DNA of 64,000 nucleotides from positions 59,332-123,331 of the forward strand of contig JBNKOC010000008.1 in assembly GCA_050294405.1 (NCBI GenBank), given 5' to 3'. Positions 1 to 10,600 of the stretch are shown one piece after another. The stretch is from Fibrobacteria bacterium (GTDB lineage: Bacteria; Fibrobacterota; Fibrobacteria; UBA11236; JADFYW01). Numbering within the stretch: position 1 is the first letter of the stretch; each line of letters opens with the position of its first letter. The notes beneath the pieces are model-generated. The model was not told the DNA's origin, searched no databases, and worked only from the letters and a program-made list of their open reading frames with translations. The position numbers and the translations under genes are program-made.

Positions 1-974
1 ATAATTTCCGCATCTAATAAGCCCATTTCTCCCATTCCCACCACTTTTTTCATTGCTTCCGAAGGGTTATAGGGTATGCGATAAGTTCTTTCGCTGCAAA
101 GTGCTTCAAATACATCGCATATGGCCACAATTCTTGAATAAGGGTGGATAACTGATTTTTTTCTTCGTTTGGGATACCCCACTCCAGAGCAGCGTTCGTG
201 GTGCTGGTAGGCTACGAAGGTCACTTGTGGCGGAATACCATCGATTTTTTCCAAAGCATATAAACCGAGAACAGGGTGCTTTTGAACTTCATATAATTCT
301 TCGGCGCTGAGCCTTCCTCTTTTTGTGCGTATGTCGCTGGAAATCAAAGTCATTCCCACATCGGCCAGTAAGGCGGCAGAGCCCAATTCTAATATCTGTT
401 CCTTGGAAAGGCCCATTTCAGCGCCTATGTTAATGCTTAGCATACATACTCTCATAAGGTGGTGGAACAAATAATCATTTTCATCCATAACAAAGGTGGA
501 AAGGTTTTGCACCATAGCGCTGTCGGTGGCCAGCAAGTCCACAAAGGGTTCCACTATCCGGCTGACTGATTTGTAAGATAGGCTTTGGCCATGGGAAAGG
601 CGAGCGTATATTTGCATGGTCTTTTTAAAGCCCTGCTGGTAATTCTTTAATATTTCTTCTTTGTACTGGACAGTTCTTTCGGCTTGTCCGATTTGAGTGA
701 AGGAATTTTTAAAGGGTTCGCCACTGGGAAGTATTTGCAGCAGTTTTGAAATTTTACTTTCAGTATTTTTAACAAACTCCGCATCATTTAAAAATTGAAA
801 GCCCTCTTCTCCTGCGGGAATTTCGCTTAAAAAATTATTTAACTGTTCTTTGCCCTGTTTGGAAACAGAAGAGCTCTTATTCTCAGAGCCGCCATCCTCC
901 TCATCCAGGTCAAGAGAATCAAGTTCCTCAAGTTTTAAGTTGAGCAACTCTTTAATTTCATCTTCGTTTATCAT
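1..974 (-). CDS. HD-GYP domain c-di-GMP phosphodiesterase; N-terminal part only, C-terminus lies beyond the window start
   Basis: Manual minus-strand translation from the ATG at 974-972 (MINEDEIKELL...). It contains the HD-GYP signature ...HHERCSGVGYP..., encoded by plus-strand 201-206 and flanks. It runs off the window edge, which is why it is missing from the ORF track. Confidence 0.7.
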   Translation of the reverse strand, partial: MINEDEIKELLNLKLEELDSLDLDEEDGGSENKSSSVSKQGKEQLNNFLSEIPAGEEGFQFLNDAEFVKNTESKISKLLQILPSGEPFKNSFTQIGQAERTVQYKEEILKNYQQGFKKTMQIYARLSHGQSLSYKSVSRIVEPFVDLLATDSAMVQNLSTFVMDENDYLFHHLMRVCMLSINIGAEMGLSKEQILELGSAALLADVGMTLISSDIRTKRGRLSAEELYEVQKHPVLGLYALEKIDGIPPQVTFVAYQHHERCSGVGYPKRRKKSVIHPYSRIVAICDVFEALCSERTYRIPYNPSEAMKKVVGMGEMGLLDAEI

Positions 975-1230
975 TAAAATATGGCCTTATTCCTCAATCT
1001 GCCCCTAATTCTATTATACGGCAAAAGACTATTTTGTCGAAGAGAAAATAGGACAAAACCCCTGCAAAGGCGGTTTCAGCTTAAATTTGCAATGTGTTTG
1101 TGATTTAAATCACCCTCTTAACGCAAAAATAGTGACTATTTCTTTTTATTTCCAGTGGGAAAATGGATAAAATGGGATTTGAATTCAATAAAAATTGGGA
1201 AGTTGCGAATTTTATTTGAGGTTTTTGGGT

Positions 1231-1932
1231 TCAATTAAAATTCAAACTCAATTTTCCAATATCGTATTCCTTTAAATGCCTCTGCCATCCAAATTGGCTA
1301 TGCACGTAAATGTTGAGATAATCCATTTTGAATGGGGTATTTAGTTCAAAGGGGGAGGATTGAAAATCATATTGCTTGACCACGCTGCCCCCGTCGGCCA
1401 AAATGACCAACCTTGAGCCTTTGGGAAGGGAGTCTATGCGCCCTGAAATTTTTTTGTAATCCTGCTCCACTTCAATGACCGGATTTAAAAAATGGGTGTT
1501 GTAATCAAAAAGCCTCTCTTCTGAAAAATCCAAATCGAAATCTATGTTATGTATGTTTACTTTAAACTCGCTACGGGATTCGGCAATTTCAATCCGGGAA
1601 ATAGAACCAGACACGGGATTTTTGAGGTAATTGCTCTGGGCTGGAATTAAAACGCAACGTACTGTATCGTCCACTCGAACTTCAAGTATGGCTTGGAAAT
1701 TTAAATTCTGGTTAAAGCTAAAATTTAATTTGCCATTGGGAAGATCCTCGTTTTCAATAACTTCAATCACTTTGTTTTTGTAGGCGTCGTTTTCCACAAT
1801 AAAAATATTGTAGTCTCTGGAACTATCGTAGGGATGTATTTCGCCTGAAAGATGGATCTCCACGGAATCCTGTTTACAACCCGTAAAAACAAGAATTGAA
1901 ATTGCAAATAATAAACGCAATATGTTCCTCAT
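1231..1932 (-). CDS. hypothetical lipoprotein
   Basis: Signal peptide with lipobox (LVFTGC); no recognisable domain. Confidence 0.4.
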   Translation of the reverse strand: MRNILRLLFAISILVFTGCKQDSVEIHLSGEIHPYDSSRDYNIFIVENDAYKNKVIEVIENEDLPNGKLNFSFNQNLNFQAILEVRVDDTVRCVLIPAQSNYLKNPVSGSISRIEIAESRSEFKVNIHNIDFDLDFSEERLFDYNTHFLNPVIEVEQDYKKISGRIDSLPKGSRLVILADGGSVVKQYDFQSSPFELNTPFKMDYLNIYVHSQFGWQRHLKEYDIGKLSLNFN

Positions 1933-2130
1933 AAGCAGTACCCTTTAAAGCTGTTAGTGAGTTCCAGAATTCGCATTTCCTGAGTAACCTCTTTTTTATT
2001 TCGGGGCACCCAGACTCAGTTAAAAAGATATTTTAAAAAAAATTGCTTTTCAACTTGAAGGGAGCAATTGTTGGTTTTTTGTGTTCTTCGGGCTTGAGGA
2101 GTTTGGGTTTTTCGCGGTTTTTTTTGGAAG

Positions 2131-2853
2131 TTAATCCTTTTTCCGGCGTTCCAGCTCAATTTCAAAAACCTTTTTCATAATAATATCCTGGATATGGTTT
2201 GGAACATCCATAAAGCGGACCCCGTGTTCATAGGCATTGCCCAGCCGATGGGACCACATGACTTCGGCTTCAAAGACCATATCCTGGTTTTCAAAATTAA
2301 AACTGATTTTTAAAACAGAAGGTTTTTCCAATATTTCATGGTTCAAGAATTTAATACTCTTTACATCCAGTATATCCATAGCTGAGCATAATTTCATTCC
2401 CGATGCGCTAATATCCTTTGCATATATGGGCGCAACATCATTTACATCTTTGTTGTTAATGGATAATATCTGGACATCAATTTTTACATAGGCCCTTACA
2501 TGCTTTCGCCTTTGATCTTTTTTGTATTCCAGAGGATTTTTAATAATGAAAATACCGTTGTCCAGCATTTCCTCTAGTTCAATATCGAAATAATAAAAAT
2601 GCTCGTTTGAACTGAAATTTACTTCACCCGGTCTGTCGCTTAAAATTTTCATTTTGTTTTTAAGATCGGGGCTGAATATTTTTATTCTGGACTTGTTGTA
2701 TTCTATAATTGTGGCTAAATACCGCAATCCGAATTTTTCGGTATGTATGGGGAAACTTTCTTTTCCAACCAAGGGAATGGCGTATGAACCTTCCTTGTTG
2801 GGCAATTTGAATTTTACCGAGATGTTTTTGGGTAATTTAACAACTTCATTCAT
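2131..2853 (-). CDS. PilZ-domain c-di-GMP receptor, YcgR-like (PilZN + PilZ)
   Basis: PilZ motifs QRRKHVRAYV (RxxxR) and DISASGM (DxSxxG) in the C-terminal half; N-terminal YcgR-like domain. Confidence 0.7.
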   Translation of the reverse strand: MNEVVKLPKNISVKFKLPNKEGSYAIPLVGKESFPIHTEKFGLRYLATIIEYNKSRIKIFSPDLKNKMKILSDRPGEVNFSSNEHFYYFDIELEEMLDNGIFIIKNPLEYKKDQRRKHVRAYVKIDVQILSINNKDVNDVAPIYAKDISASGMKLCSAMDILDVKSIKFLNHEILEKPSVLKISFNFENQDMVFEAEVMWSHRLGNAYEHGVRFMDVPNHIQDIIMKKVFEIELERRKKD

Positions 2854-2884
2854 GGAATTAACACCCGGGACGTTTTCTGTCTGG

Positions 2885-3517
2885 CTATTTCCAAAAATTA
2901 AGCTTGCTCAACCAGGCAGCCCTTTCGGCCTCATCTTTCCATTCAAAGTTTACGAATATTTTTCCACTTGGGTCACGCATTATTTGGCAGTCCGGTTTGC
3001 CATTTACGAAAAATTTTAATTGGAGCACATTGTGGAAATCCGAATCCATACCGGGAATATCCTTATTTAAATCCAGTTTTTTCTCTTCCGCAGTCATTTT
3101 AAAAATAGGCTCTTCTTCAATTTTATCCAGAATAGTTCCGCCCAAATGGATTTCATATAAATCCAATACATAAGCTGATTCTTCGTCATCCCATTTTAAA
3201 AATGCCGGAGGCATGGATTCAAAGTCAGAGGAAACATGAAAACTCAGTTCCAACCTATGGTCCTTTTCAAATTGGCTTTTATCCATAAAAAAGCCTTCCA
3301 TTCTAAAGCGGCTGGAGTGGGTACCGTTGGGTTGGGTATACGGTTCTTCGTAATCTTCTAACCCGGATATTTGCTCCATGGTGTAGAGGTCTAAATCACT
3401 CTTTGGTATTGAAATACCATTAGTTGCATTAGATTCTTTTTCTTTGCCTTTTAACTGATTTGAATAAATCATTGAAAAACAAAGCATTACAAAAAAATAT
3501 CTTCCTGGTTTTTGCAT
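2885..3517 (-). CDS. hypothetical secreted protein
   Basis: N-terminal signal peptide (MQKPGRYFFVMLCFSMIYS); no recognisable domain. Confidence 0.35.
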   Translation of the reverse strand: MQKPGRYFFVMLCFSMIYSNQLKGKEKESNATNGISIPKSDLDLYTMEQISGLEDYEEPYTQPNGTHSSRFRMEGFFMDKSQFEKDHRLELSFHVSSDFESMPPAFLKWDDEESAYVLDLYEIHLGGTILDKIEEEPIFKMTAEEKKLDLNKDIPGMDSDFHNVLQLKFFVNGKPDCQIMRDPSGKIFVNFEWKDEAERAAWLSKLNFWK

Positions 3518-3681
3518 AGTTGATTTAAATTATAAGATGCGCCAAACCAATGCAAACAATAAATTGTTAAAACATTAAATTTTGTGTTTTTGCGTAAAAA
3601 TGGCCCTTTTTTTTGCATTTAAAATAAAAATAGACTCTTAAAATCCTTCATTGATCCAAAATTTGAGGGTATAATTATCTC

Positions 3682-4053
3682 ATGAATCAAAAATTTGACG
3701 AAATTTTAGTTTATAATCGTGTGGGAACCCTTAGACGTGTGACTGTGGAAGCATTAAAAAGGTTGAATTATAGTTCAATAAAAGAGTTCTCAAGCAAGGA
3801 TGAATTGGAAAAAGAGCTTAAATTAGATATTCAATTTTTGTTGATTTTGGAGATAACAGGGGAGAACCCTGTGTCCGAGCTTGAGCTAATTCAAAAATAT
3901 TCGGGCCGTCATAGAATGCTGGTTACTCTTCAAATAAGCAGTAAAGAGTTGATTTTAAAACTTTCTCGTGCTGGGGCTAAAAATGTGCTCTTAAAGAGTT
4001 TGGATATCGGAGGCTTCTCTGAAAAATTACAAACCGCTCTCGGTCCCCGTTAG
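3682..4053 (+). CDS. CheY-like pseudo-receiver domain protein (acid pocket lost)
   Basis: Aligns along its whole length to CheY (ILVYNRVGTLRRVTVEALKRL.. versus [21 protein letters not shown]..). DD is replaced by NR and the phospho-Asp position is Glu (LILEITGENP); the conserved Thr and Lys are retained. RBS GAGGG sits upstream. Confidence 0.5.
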   Translation: MNQKFDEILVYNRVGTLRRVTVEALKRLNYSSIKEFSSKDELEKELKLDIQFLLILEITGENPVSELELIQKYSGRHRMLVTLQISSKELILKLSRAGAKNVLLKSLDIGGFSEKLQTALGPR

Positions 4054-4062
4054 CAGCTGTTT

Positions 4063-4902
4063 TTAAATAAAGAAATCGGCATTGGAAATTTCTCGTTTTA
4101 CCTTTTCCACGAGCTCTTCCAAAACTTCGCTGGAAAGGTTTAAGTCGTGTAAAGCACCCTGGCTACAATTCTCAGGCATTTTCTTGCTCGGCATCAAAAA
4201 ACCAAACAAAGAGGCGTAGAAATCGGCAACATGGACGGCCTGAGTGAGGCCCAGTTCCTGATGGGCGGATTTATCGGGAAAATGATGGAATTCCACGGCG
4301 CACAACAAAGCCTCTGGCAATTTCCATTCCTGCAATAAAACCCTTCCTGCGCTCCCGTGGTCTATACCAAAAAAATCTTTTTCCAAAATGGATATATCAA
4401 TGGATTGGCTTTCTGATTTTTCTATTAGCTCCTGATACTTTTCCGGCTCCAGGCTGGATAAAATCAGAATCCCGATATCATGGAAAAGCCCGGCAATGTA
4501 AGCGGAATCCGGATTTATTTTTTTTTCTTTGGAGCCCTCAATAATAAGTCGGGTTATTAAGGCTACGCTCACAGAGTGTTTCCAAAACTCCTTAATGTCC
4601 ATGTTTTTTGAAGTGGGGGAGTTTTGAATCATGGAAATAGCCAGGGATATTTTACTGACCTCCTTAAGGCCTATTCTGGAAACAGCTTGAGAAATTGATC
4701 CAATGCTTCCATATTTTCCAGCATACTTAACTGAATTGGCAATTTTAAGAAAGTGGGCGGACAGGGCGATATTCTTTTCTATGGTTTGAATGACTTCGGA
4801 AAATTCCACATTGGGATCTTGGATACATTTTAAGAAATATTGGGTTTCAATACCCAGAGAGGGGAGGGAATCCAGCGATAATATTCTTTTAGTTATATCC
4901 AT
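4063..4902 (-). CDS. HDOD domain signalling protein
   Basis: HDOD signatures LFHDIGILIL and EFHHFP...AVHVADFYAS. It is the last gene of the che operon. Confidence 0.75.
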   Translation of the reverse strand: MDITKRILSLDSLPSLGIETQYFLKCIQDPNVEFSEVIQTIEKNIALSAHFLKIANSVKYAGKYGSIGSISQAVSRIGLKEVSKISLAISMIQNSPTSKNMDIKEFWKHSVSVALITRLIIEGSKEKKINPDSAYIAGLFHDIGILILSSLEPEKYQELIEKSESQSIDISILEKDFFGIDHGSAGRVLLQEWKLPEALLCAVEFHHFPDKSAHQELGLTQAVHVADFYASLFGFLMPSKKMPENCSQGALHDLNLSSEVLEELVEKVKREISNADFFI

Positions 4903-4910
4903 TTTAAAAT

Positions 4911-5282
4911 TTACTGTTCGCTATCCAAACACTCCATGATTTTTACCATTAATTCTTCCTGGGTAAAAGGCTTCATTATGTAATTGGTGGCTCCAGCTCC
5001 GATGGCTTCTATAATTTTATCGGGTTCATTTACCGCTGTGAGCATTATTATGGGAATGTTGCTTAAGCTTTCATTTTCCTTAATAGCTTTAACAGCGCTA
5101 AGGCCGTCCATTACAGGCATATCCCAATCCATTAATATTAATCCCACATCGCTATTGTTGCTCAAAGCATCTAAAGCGGCCTGGCCGTTTTCAGCTTCCA
5201 GGGTATTGTGCCCCAGCATATCCAGGGCATTTCGAACCAACTTTCTGATAGTTGGCGAGTCATCAACTGATAGTATGTTCAT
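4911..5282 (-). CDS. cheY: chemotaxis response regulator CheY
   Basis: Single receiver domain: SVDDS, LILMDWDMPVMDG, T at LTAV, YIMKPF. Overlaps the cheR stop by 4 nt. Confidence 0.85.
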   Translation of the reverse strand: MNILSVDDSPTIRKLVRNALDMLGHNTLEAENGQAALDALSNNSDVGLILMDWDMPVMDGLSAVKAIKENESLSNIPIIMLTAVNEPDKIIEAIGAGATNYIMKPFTQEELMVKIMECLDSEQ

Positions 5283-6124
5283 AGAGGCACCCTCTTTTTA
5301 TAATACAATCCTATGGGCTTAATTTTATTGGAAAAGGATTCTGTAATACCTGTTAAACTTTCCGCTCCCCCCACAATTAAAATTCCAAAGGAGGATAATT
5401 TTTGCGCAATTTTTTCAAACATTTGGCTTTTGGTTTTACTGCTAAAATAGATAGCCACATTTCGGCAAAATACAATATCCATGGTGGGGACATCATCAAA
5501 TTTGTCTAAAATGTTTAATCGTTTAAACTGAACTAAGTTTCTTACAGAATCTTTAATAGTCCAAATTTTTTCATCCCCATCAAAATATTGGGATAAATGA
5601 GCTTCATCCATTCCCCGACTCATGGTGAATTTGTCGTATCTTCCCGAACGGGCTAAAAGTAAAATAGGATCTGATATGTCTGTTGCCGTAATTTTAATTT
5701 TCTCTACGGGAAAATCCGGATGTTTCTTTTGGTAGTCCAATATTGTCATGGCAATAGAATAGGGCTCCTGGCCCGTGGAACAGGCGCAACTCCATATATT
5801 TGCAAAAATTCTCTTTCCGCTTTTGAACTCTTCATGTAATTCAGGCAAAAATTCTTCGGCCAACAATTTAAAAGGGTACCCGTCCCGAAACCACAAGGTT
5901 TCATTGGTGGTCATAGCATCCAAAATTTTATCCCTAAGACCCGAGGCTTTTTCTGATACAGCCTTTTTGTGGAGCTCCCCAATGCTCTTGCATCCATTGG
6001 TAGCCATTAAGACGGTGAGGCGGCTTTCCACTAAATATTCTTTTTCATCTCCCAGACAAATACCGCAATGCTCTTCGATAAACGAGCGGATATCCAAAAA
6101 TTCCTGCCGGGTCATGATGCTCAT
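5279..6124 (-). CDS. cheR: chemotaxis protein methyltransferase CheR
   Basis: TNETLWFRD, IWSCACSTGQEPYSIAM (SAM-binding), FCRNVAIYF. Confidence 0.9.
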   Translation of the reverse strand: MSIMTRQEFLDIRSFIEEHCGICLGDEKEYLVESRLTVLMATNGCKSIGELHKKAVSEKASGLRDKILDAMTTNETLWFRDGYPFKLLAEEFLPELHEEFKSGKRIFANIWSCACSTGQEPYSIAMTILDYQKKHPDFPVEKIKITATDISDPILLLARSGRYDKFTMSRGMDEAHLSQYFDGDEKIWTIKDSVRNLVQFKRLNILDKFDDVPTMDIVFCRNVAIYFSSKTKSQMFEKIAQKLSSFGILIVGGAESLTGITESFSNKIKPIGLYYKKRVPL

Positions 6125-7186
6125 TTAAACTTTTACCCTCTCCTGGGATATAATTTCAATGGCCTGGGAAATCTCATCTACATCCAGTTCCAAATCAGAT
6201 AAACCAGCATCCACAACAGCCTTTGGCATTCCGTAAATGGTACAGCTGGACTCGGATTGGGTAATGGAGTAGCAACCTTTTTTCTTTAGGGCTTTAACTC
6301 CCTCAAGGCCGTCCTGACCCATTCCTGTCAGCATAATAGAGGCTGTGGAAAAACGGTAGTTTTTTGCAATGGATTCAAACAATACATCTACAGAGGGACG
6401 GCAACTATTCACTTTTTCCTTTTCATTGATATCCAGTTTATATTGAAACCCCTCTTTTACCAACTCCATGTGTTTTCCGCCCGGAGCGAAATACACAGTG
6501 TTTGCCTGAAGCTCCATGTTAGGTTCAGCTTCGCATATCTTAATAGGAGTTAATTTATCCAAATTGGCCGCCAGGGACTTTGTAAAGTTCGCAGGCATAT
6601 GTTGCACTACTAATATTGGCACCTGAGATGATTTGGTTAACTTTGAAAAAATTTGGGTTAAAACTTTAGGACCCCCGGTACTCACTCCGATGGCAATTAG
6701 TTGGACATCTTTTGGGAGCGCGGTATTTAAATTTTTACTGGGTTTTTGTTCTATGCGGGATGTTCGTTTAGGGGACTGTGCAGCAACCAAGCTTAAGCAG
6801 TTACTCAAGTGTTCCTTTAATTTCCCAAAGTTTTCGTCAACGCTGGAACTTCCCGGTTTAGGGATAAAATCCAAGGCGCCCATTCTAAGGCCCATAATAG
6901 TGTCCGGGGCATTCTTTTGGCTAATGCCACTAATCAAAACCACAGATGTATTAGGGTATTTTTGCAGAATTAGCCCCAGGGTTTGCACGCCGCCCATACC
7001 TGGCATATGTATATCCAACAATACCAAATCAGCTTCTTTTTCTTTGAGAACTTCCAAGGCGTTTTCCCCAGATGAAGCTTCATCTATTATGTCTACATTT
7101 TCAAAATGGCTCAGTGATTTTCTGATTACCTTGCGATAGAGCAGGTTATCATCCACTATTAAAACTTTGATTTTGGAAGAGTTCAT
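6125..7186 (-). CDS. cheB: protein-glutamate methylesterase CheB (REC + methylesterase)
   Basis: N-terminal receiver (VLIVDDNLLYRK...DIHMPGMGG). C-terminal esterase motifs IAIGVSTGGP, VVQHMP, RPSVDVLF, TGMGQDG, YGMP. Confidence 0.9.
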   Translation of the reverse strand: MNSSKIKVLIVDDNLLYRKVIRKSLSHFENVDIIDEASSGENALEVLKEKEADLVLLDIHMPGMGGVQTLGLILQKYPNTSVVLISGISQKNAPDTIMGLRMGALDFIPKPGSSSVDENFGKLKEHLSNCLSLVAAQSPKRTSRIEQKPSKNLNTALPKDVQLIAIGVSTGGPKVLTQIFSKLTKSSQVPILVVQHMPANFTKSLAANLDKLTPIKICEAEPNMELQANTVYFAPGGKHMELVKEGFQYKLDINEKEKVNSCRPSVDVLFESIAKNYRFSTASIMLTGMGQDGLEGVKALKKKGCYSITQSESSCTIYGMPKAVVDAGLSDLELDVDEISQAIEIISQERVKV

Positions 7187-7190
7187 AAAG

Positions 7191-7673
7191 TCAATAATTG
7201 CTTTTAGCTACCTTTTGCTCCAATATGTTTAGGAGGTTCAGTACAATTATTAAATTGTCGTTTTGCTTAATTATTCCATCCACCATATCGCTGTGAATGC
7301 CTGTTACATTGGCCGGTACAGGCTCAATATCTGTTTCTGCTAAATTTACAATATCACCGACCTTATCCACTAAAAGGCCTATTTTTTCTTTTTGCAAAAA
7401 CCCCAATTGGTTTTGTCCGGAAGGCCAATCCGGTTTATCTTTTAAAACCAGACAGTGGGAGTCTTTTCCTATTTCAATGTTATCAAATCCTATACAATAG
7501 GGAAGATCCATTACTGTAATGATTTGGCCTCTTAAGTTTAACAACCCCGTTATAAAAGTCGGGGCCAAATCCACTTTGGATACTTCCAGATTCTGGTTTA
7601 TTTCTCTTATGTACCTTATATCCAAGGCGTATAATTTGTCGTTTATATAAAAGGTGGTAAAAGAAAGAGCCAT
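7191..7673 (-). CDS. cheW: chemotaxis coupling protein CheW
   Basis: 160-aa single CheW-like domain (YALDIRYIREI...LLNLRGQIITVMDL). Confidence 0.8.
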   Translation of the reverse strand: MALSFTTFYINDKLYALDIRYIREINQNLEVSKVDLAPTFITGLLNLRGQIITVMDLPYCIGFDNIEIGKDSHCLVLKDKPDWPSGQNQLGFLQKEKIGLLVDKVGDIVNLAETDIEPVPANVTGIHSDMVDGIIKQNDNLIIVLNLLNILEQKVAKSNY

Positions 7674-7679
7674 AATATG

Positions 7680-10600
7680 TTAGTTTAAAAACTGGCTTAA
7701 GGTTAATAGAATTTTCTTTTTATCCCATTTGGATTCCACAGCGTCAAAATCCAACTTTCGGTCCCGTTCCTGCGCCGGAATTACACCGGTGCTGCTCATA
7801 GCTACCACAGGAATACTTTTTAAGGAGTCCGAGGATTTTATTTTTGAGGCGAGCTCGTAGCCATCCATTCCGGGCATGTTTAGATCCGATAAAATCAAAT
7901 CAAAATTTTCCTGGCCGGAAAGGGCGTCCCAGGCTTCTTTGCCATTGGAACATATTTTCAATTCGCAATTGGGGTGATCTAAATAAGCCCGAAGCAGTTT
8001 TCCGAAATAATCCGTATCTTCTGCAATTAAAATTTTCTTTTGATTTAAAAAGTCGTAATTAAATTTGTGTTTTGGTTGAGCTTTTTCCACAATTTTAAAA
8101 AGGTCCAATATAAGCAACATATTTTTGTTTACAATTTGGGACCCTAAAATGCCTTCGGGGCTGGTTCCGCTTTGTTCCAGATTGCCCATGCAATTTACAG
8201 TATCAAAAAGTTCGCTTGCTAAAATGCCCACCTGGTTTTCATTCAATTTGGGGATAATTACAAATTCATAGGGGAAATCCGAATCTCCCCGGGAGATAGG
8301 CAAATAGTCGTTGAGTTCTATTAAAGGTAAGGATTTTGATTCGTATTTTAAATAAAGTTTGCCGCTGATGTTCTCCACATTTTCCCTATGAATTTTTTCA
8401 ATTCTGGAAATCATGGATAAGTTAAAAGCCAATAATTCACTGCCTCCAACCTTAAAACTTAACATGGCCTGTGCTTCTTCCAACTGCCGTTCTTTTTCCA
8501 TTTTCGCTTCTTCTATAGAGCTTTCGGCAATATCATCAAATTTTAATTTGGCCATTTCTGATATGCCTACCGAATCCAATATCATGGCAATTTGCCCGTC
8601 TCCCAAAATGGTGACGCCGCTGTAGCAAGGGCTGTCTTTTAAAAAAGCGCTAAGGGGCTTCACCACAATTTCTTCATTGTTTATTACCGAGTCCGCAATT
8701 AAGCCGTAGTGATTTTTACCTATGTTTATGACGCAAATAATAACGCTGCCTGTGGCATTTTGCCGTCTATCAGGATTTTTTCTTCTTTCCTGAATCTCTT
8801 CGGCGATTTCCTGCCCATTTCTTCTATCCGCCATATGTATGCGATGATTTGGGTGGCGCTTGTTGGTTTCGCTGTCCAAATATGTGGTTTGGATGTTAAG
8901 CACATCGGTAAGTTTCACAAGCGGCAGCAATTTGCCCCGAAGGCGTAAAACTTCAAAGCCATTCACATTTTCTATTTTTTGGCTTATTTCCGAGTTCTTT
9001 ATGCGCACTAATTCCTCCAGGCCGACCTGGGGAAGCGCAATTTTTCTTCCCTCTACAGATAAGATAAGAGAAGGTATAATGGCCAATGTTAAGGGCAACC
9101 TTAATGTGATAAGCATGCCCTTATCAAACTCGGAATCCACTTCAAGTATTCCGCCCAACTTCTCCACATTGGTTTTTACCACGTCCAAACCAACTCCTCG
9201 GCCAGATACATTGGAAATATTTTTGGCCGTGGAAAAACCGGGTCTAAAAATCAAATTCTTCTTTTCATTTTCCGAAAGAATCATGGCCTCGTCTTCCGAG
9301 ATGATCTTTTTATCAAGGGCCTTAGCCACAATTTTTGGAATGTTTAAACCTGCACCATCGTCTTTTATTTCAATGACTATTTTTCCGCTTTTGTGATAGG
9401 CGCTTAATTGGATAAACCCCTGTTTGTTTTTTCCCTTTTGCTCTCTTTCTTCGGGGGGTTCAATCCCATGATCGCAGCAGTTTCGAATGAGGTGAGTAAG
9501 AGGATCTGTTAAAAGTTCCAGCACGGACTTGTCCATTTCCACTTCTGAACCTGTGATGTGGAGTGAAATTTCTTTGCCTAACATCTTGGAGAGATCTCTT
9601 ATGACTCGAGGAAATTTGTTGAATAGAAGTCCAATGGGCTGCATGCGGGATTGCATAATGCCTTCCTGCAAATCACTGGTGATACGGGAAAATTGCTGAA
9701 TCAGGGAATTGATGCTTGTAAAGTCGGATAATTTTTTAGAGCTGGCCTGGCTGTAAACGCTTTTTATTTGGGAACAATGGTTGGAAATATTTCCTTGTAA
9801 GTTTTGGATTTTTTCTGGCTCTGCGCTGGGAAAAGCCTGAGTTACAGATTGCATAATCTGGTTCTGAAAATCCTCCATGAGTTTTTCCACAAGTCCCAAA
9901 CCCTGGTTCTGCCCATCTAAAGTTTTCAGAGGCTGATTAAATTGCTGCATAATCTGGTTGCGGCTAAGAACCAGTTCACCCGCCAGGTTCATCAGGTTGT
10001 TGAGCAAGTCCAGTTTTACTCTCAGAGTTTCATTGTTGCTGTTTGCCGCTTTGGCCTTCTTTTCATTCCCCGATGTTTTGATAGTTTCAATGGCTTTTTC
10101 CCTGGTCTTTTTCAAGTCTGTTTTTAGGGCAGTGTCATCAAACTTCCGGATTTGGGCAGGGTCTATGTTAAGAGCCAGTTGGGCGTATTCCTCTTCTAAA
10201 ACCGAGGTAAACAATATCAAAGCCGGTTGTTTGGCTTCGCCCCTTCCCTTTGCGCTCTTTTTTGGCTTTTTTTCCTGGGGAATTAAATGAATTCCGGCGA
10301 TGTCGCCCAGCTTTCGCCATTCATTTAAAATGGGATCTTCTTCAGGGTTGTTTGCCTGAATTCCTTCTTCCCAATTTATTTCATATATGTAATGGCCTTG
10401 TTGTATATGGCTATTTAATTTTTGCTCGCTAAGTTCCTTGTAAACGGATAGGATGTATTTAAAATCAAATTTTTCGGAAAGTTCAGCGTTTTGAGAGTTT
10501 TTCTTCGGGTTGGGGGAGTTTTGCCTCGCTGGTTCAATATTATCAGCGCCTGGCTCAAGCGCCTTTAGCTTAACGATAACATCCTCAATTTCCAGTTCGT

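Noticed and set aside
3640-3681. TATAAT hexamer just upstream of the pseudo-receiver gene
   Set aside because: It lies between the RBS and the start codon, too close to be a -10 element. The matching -35 has the wrong spacing.
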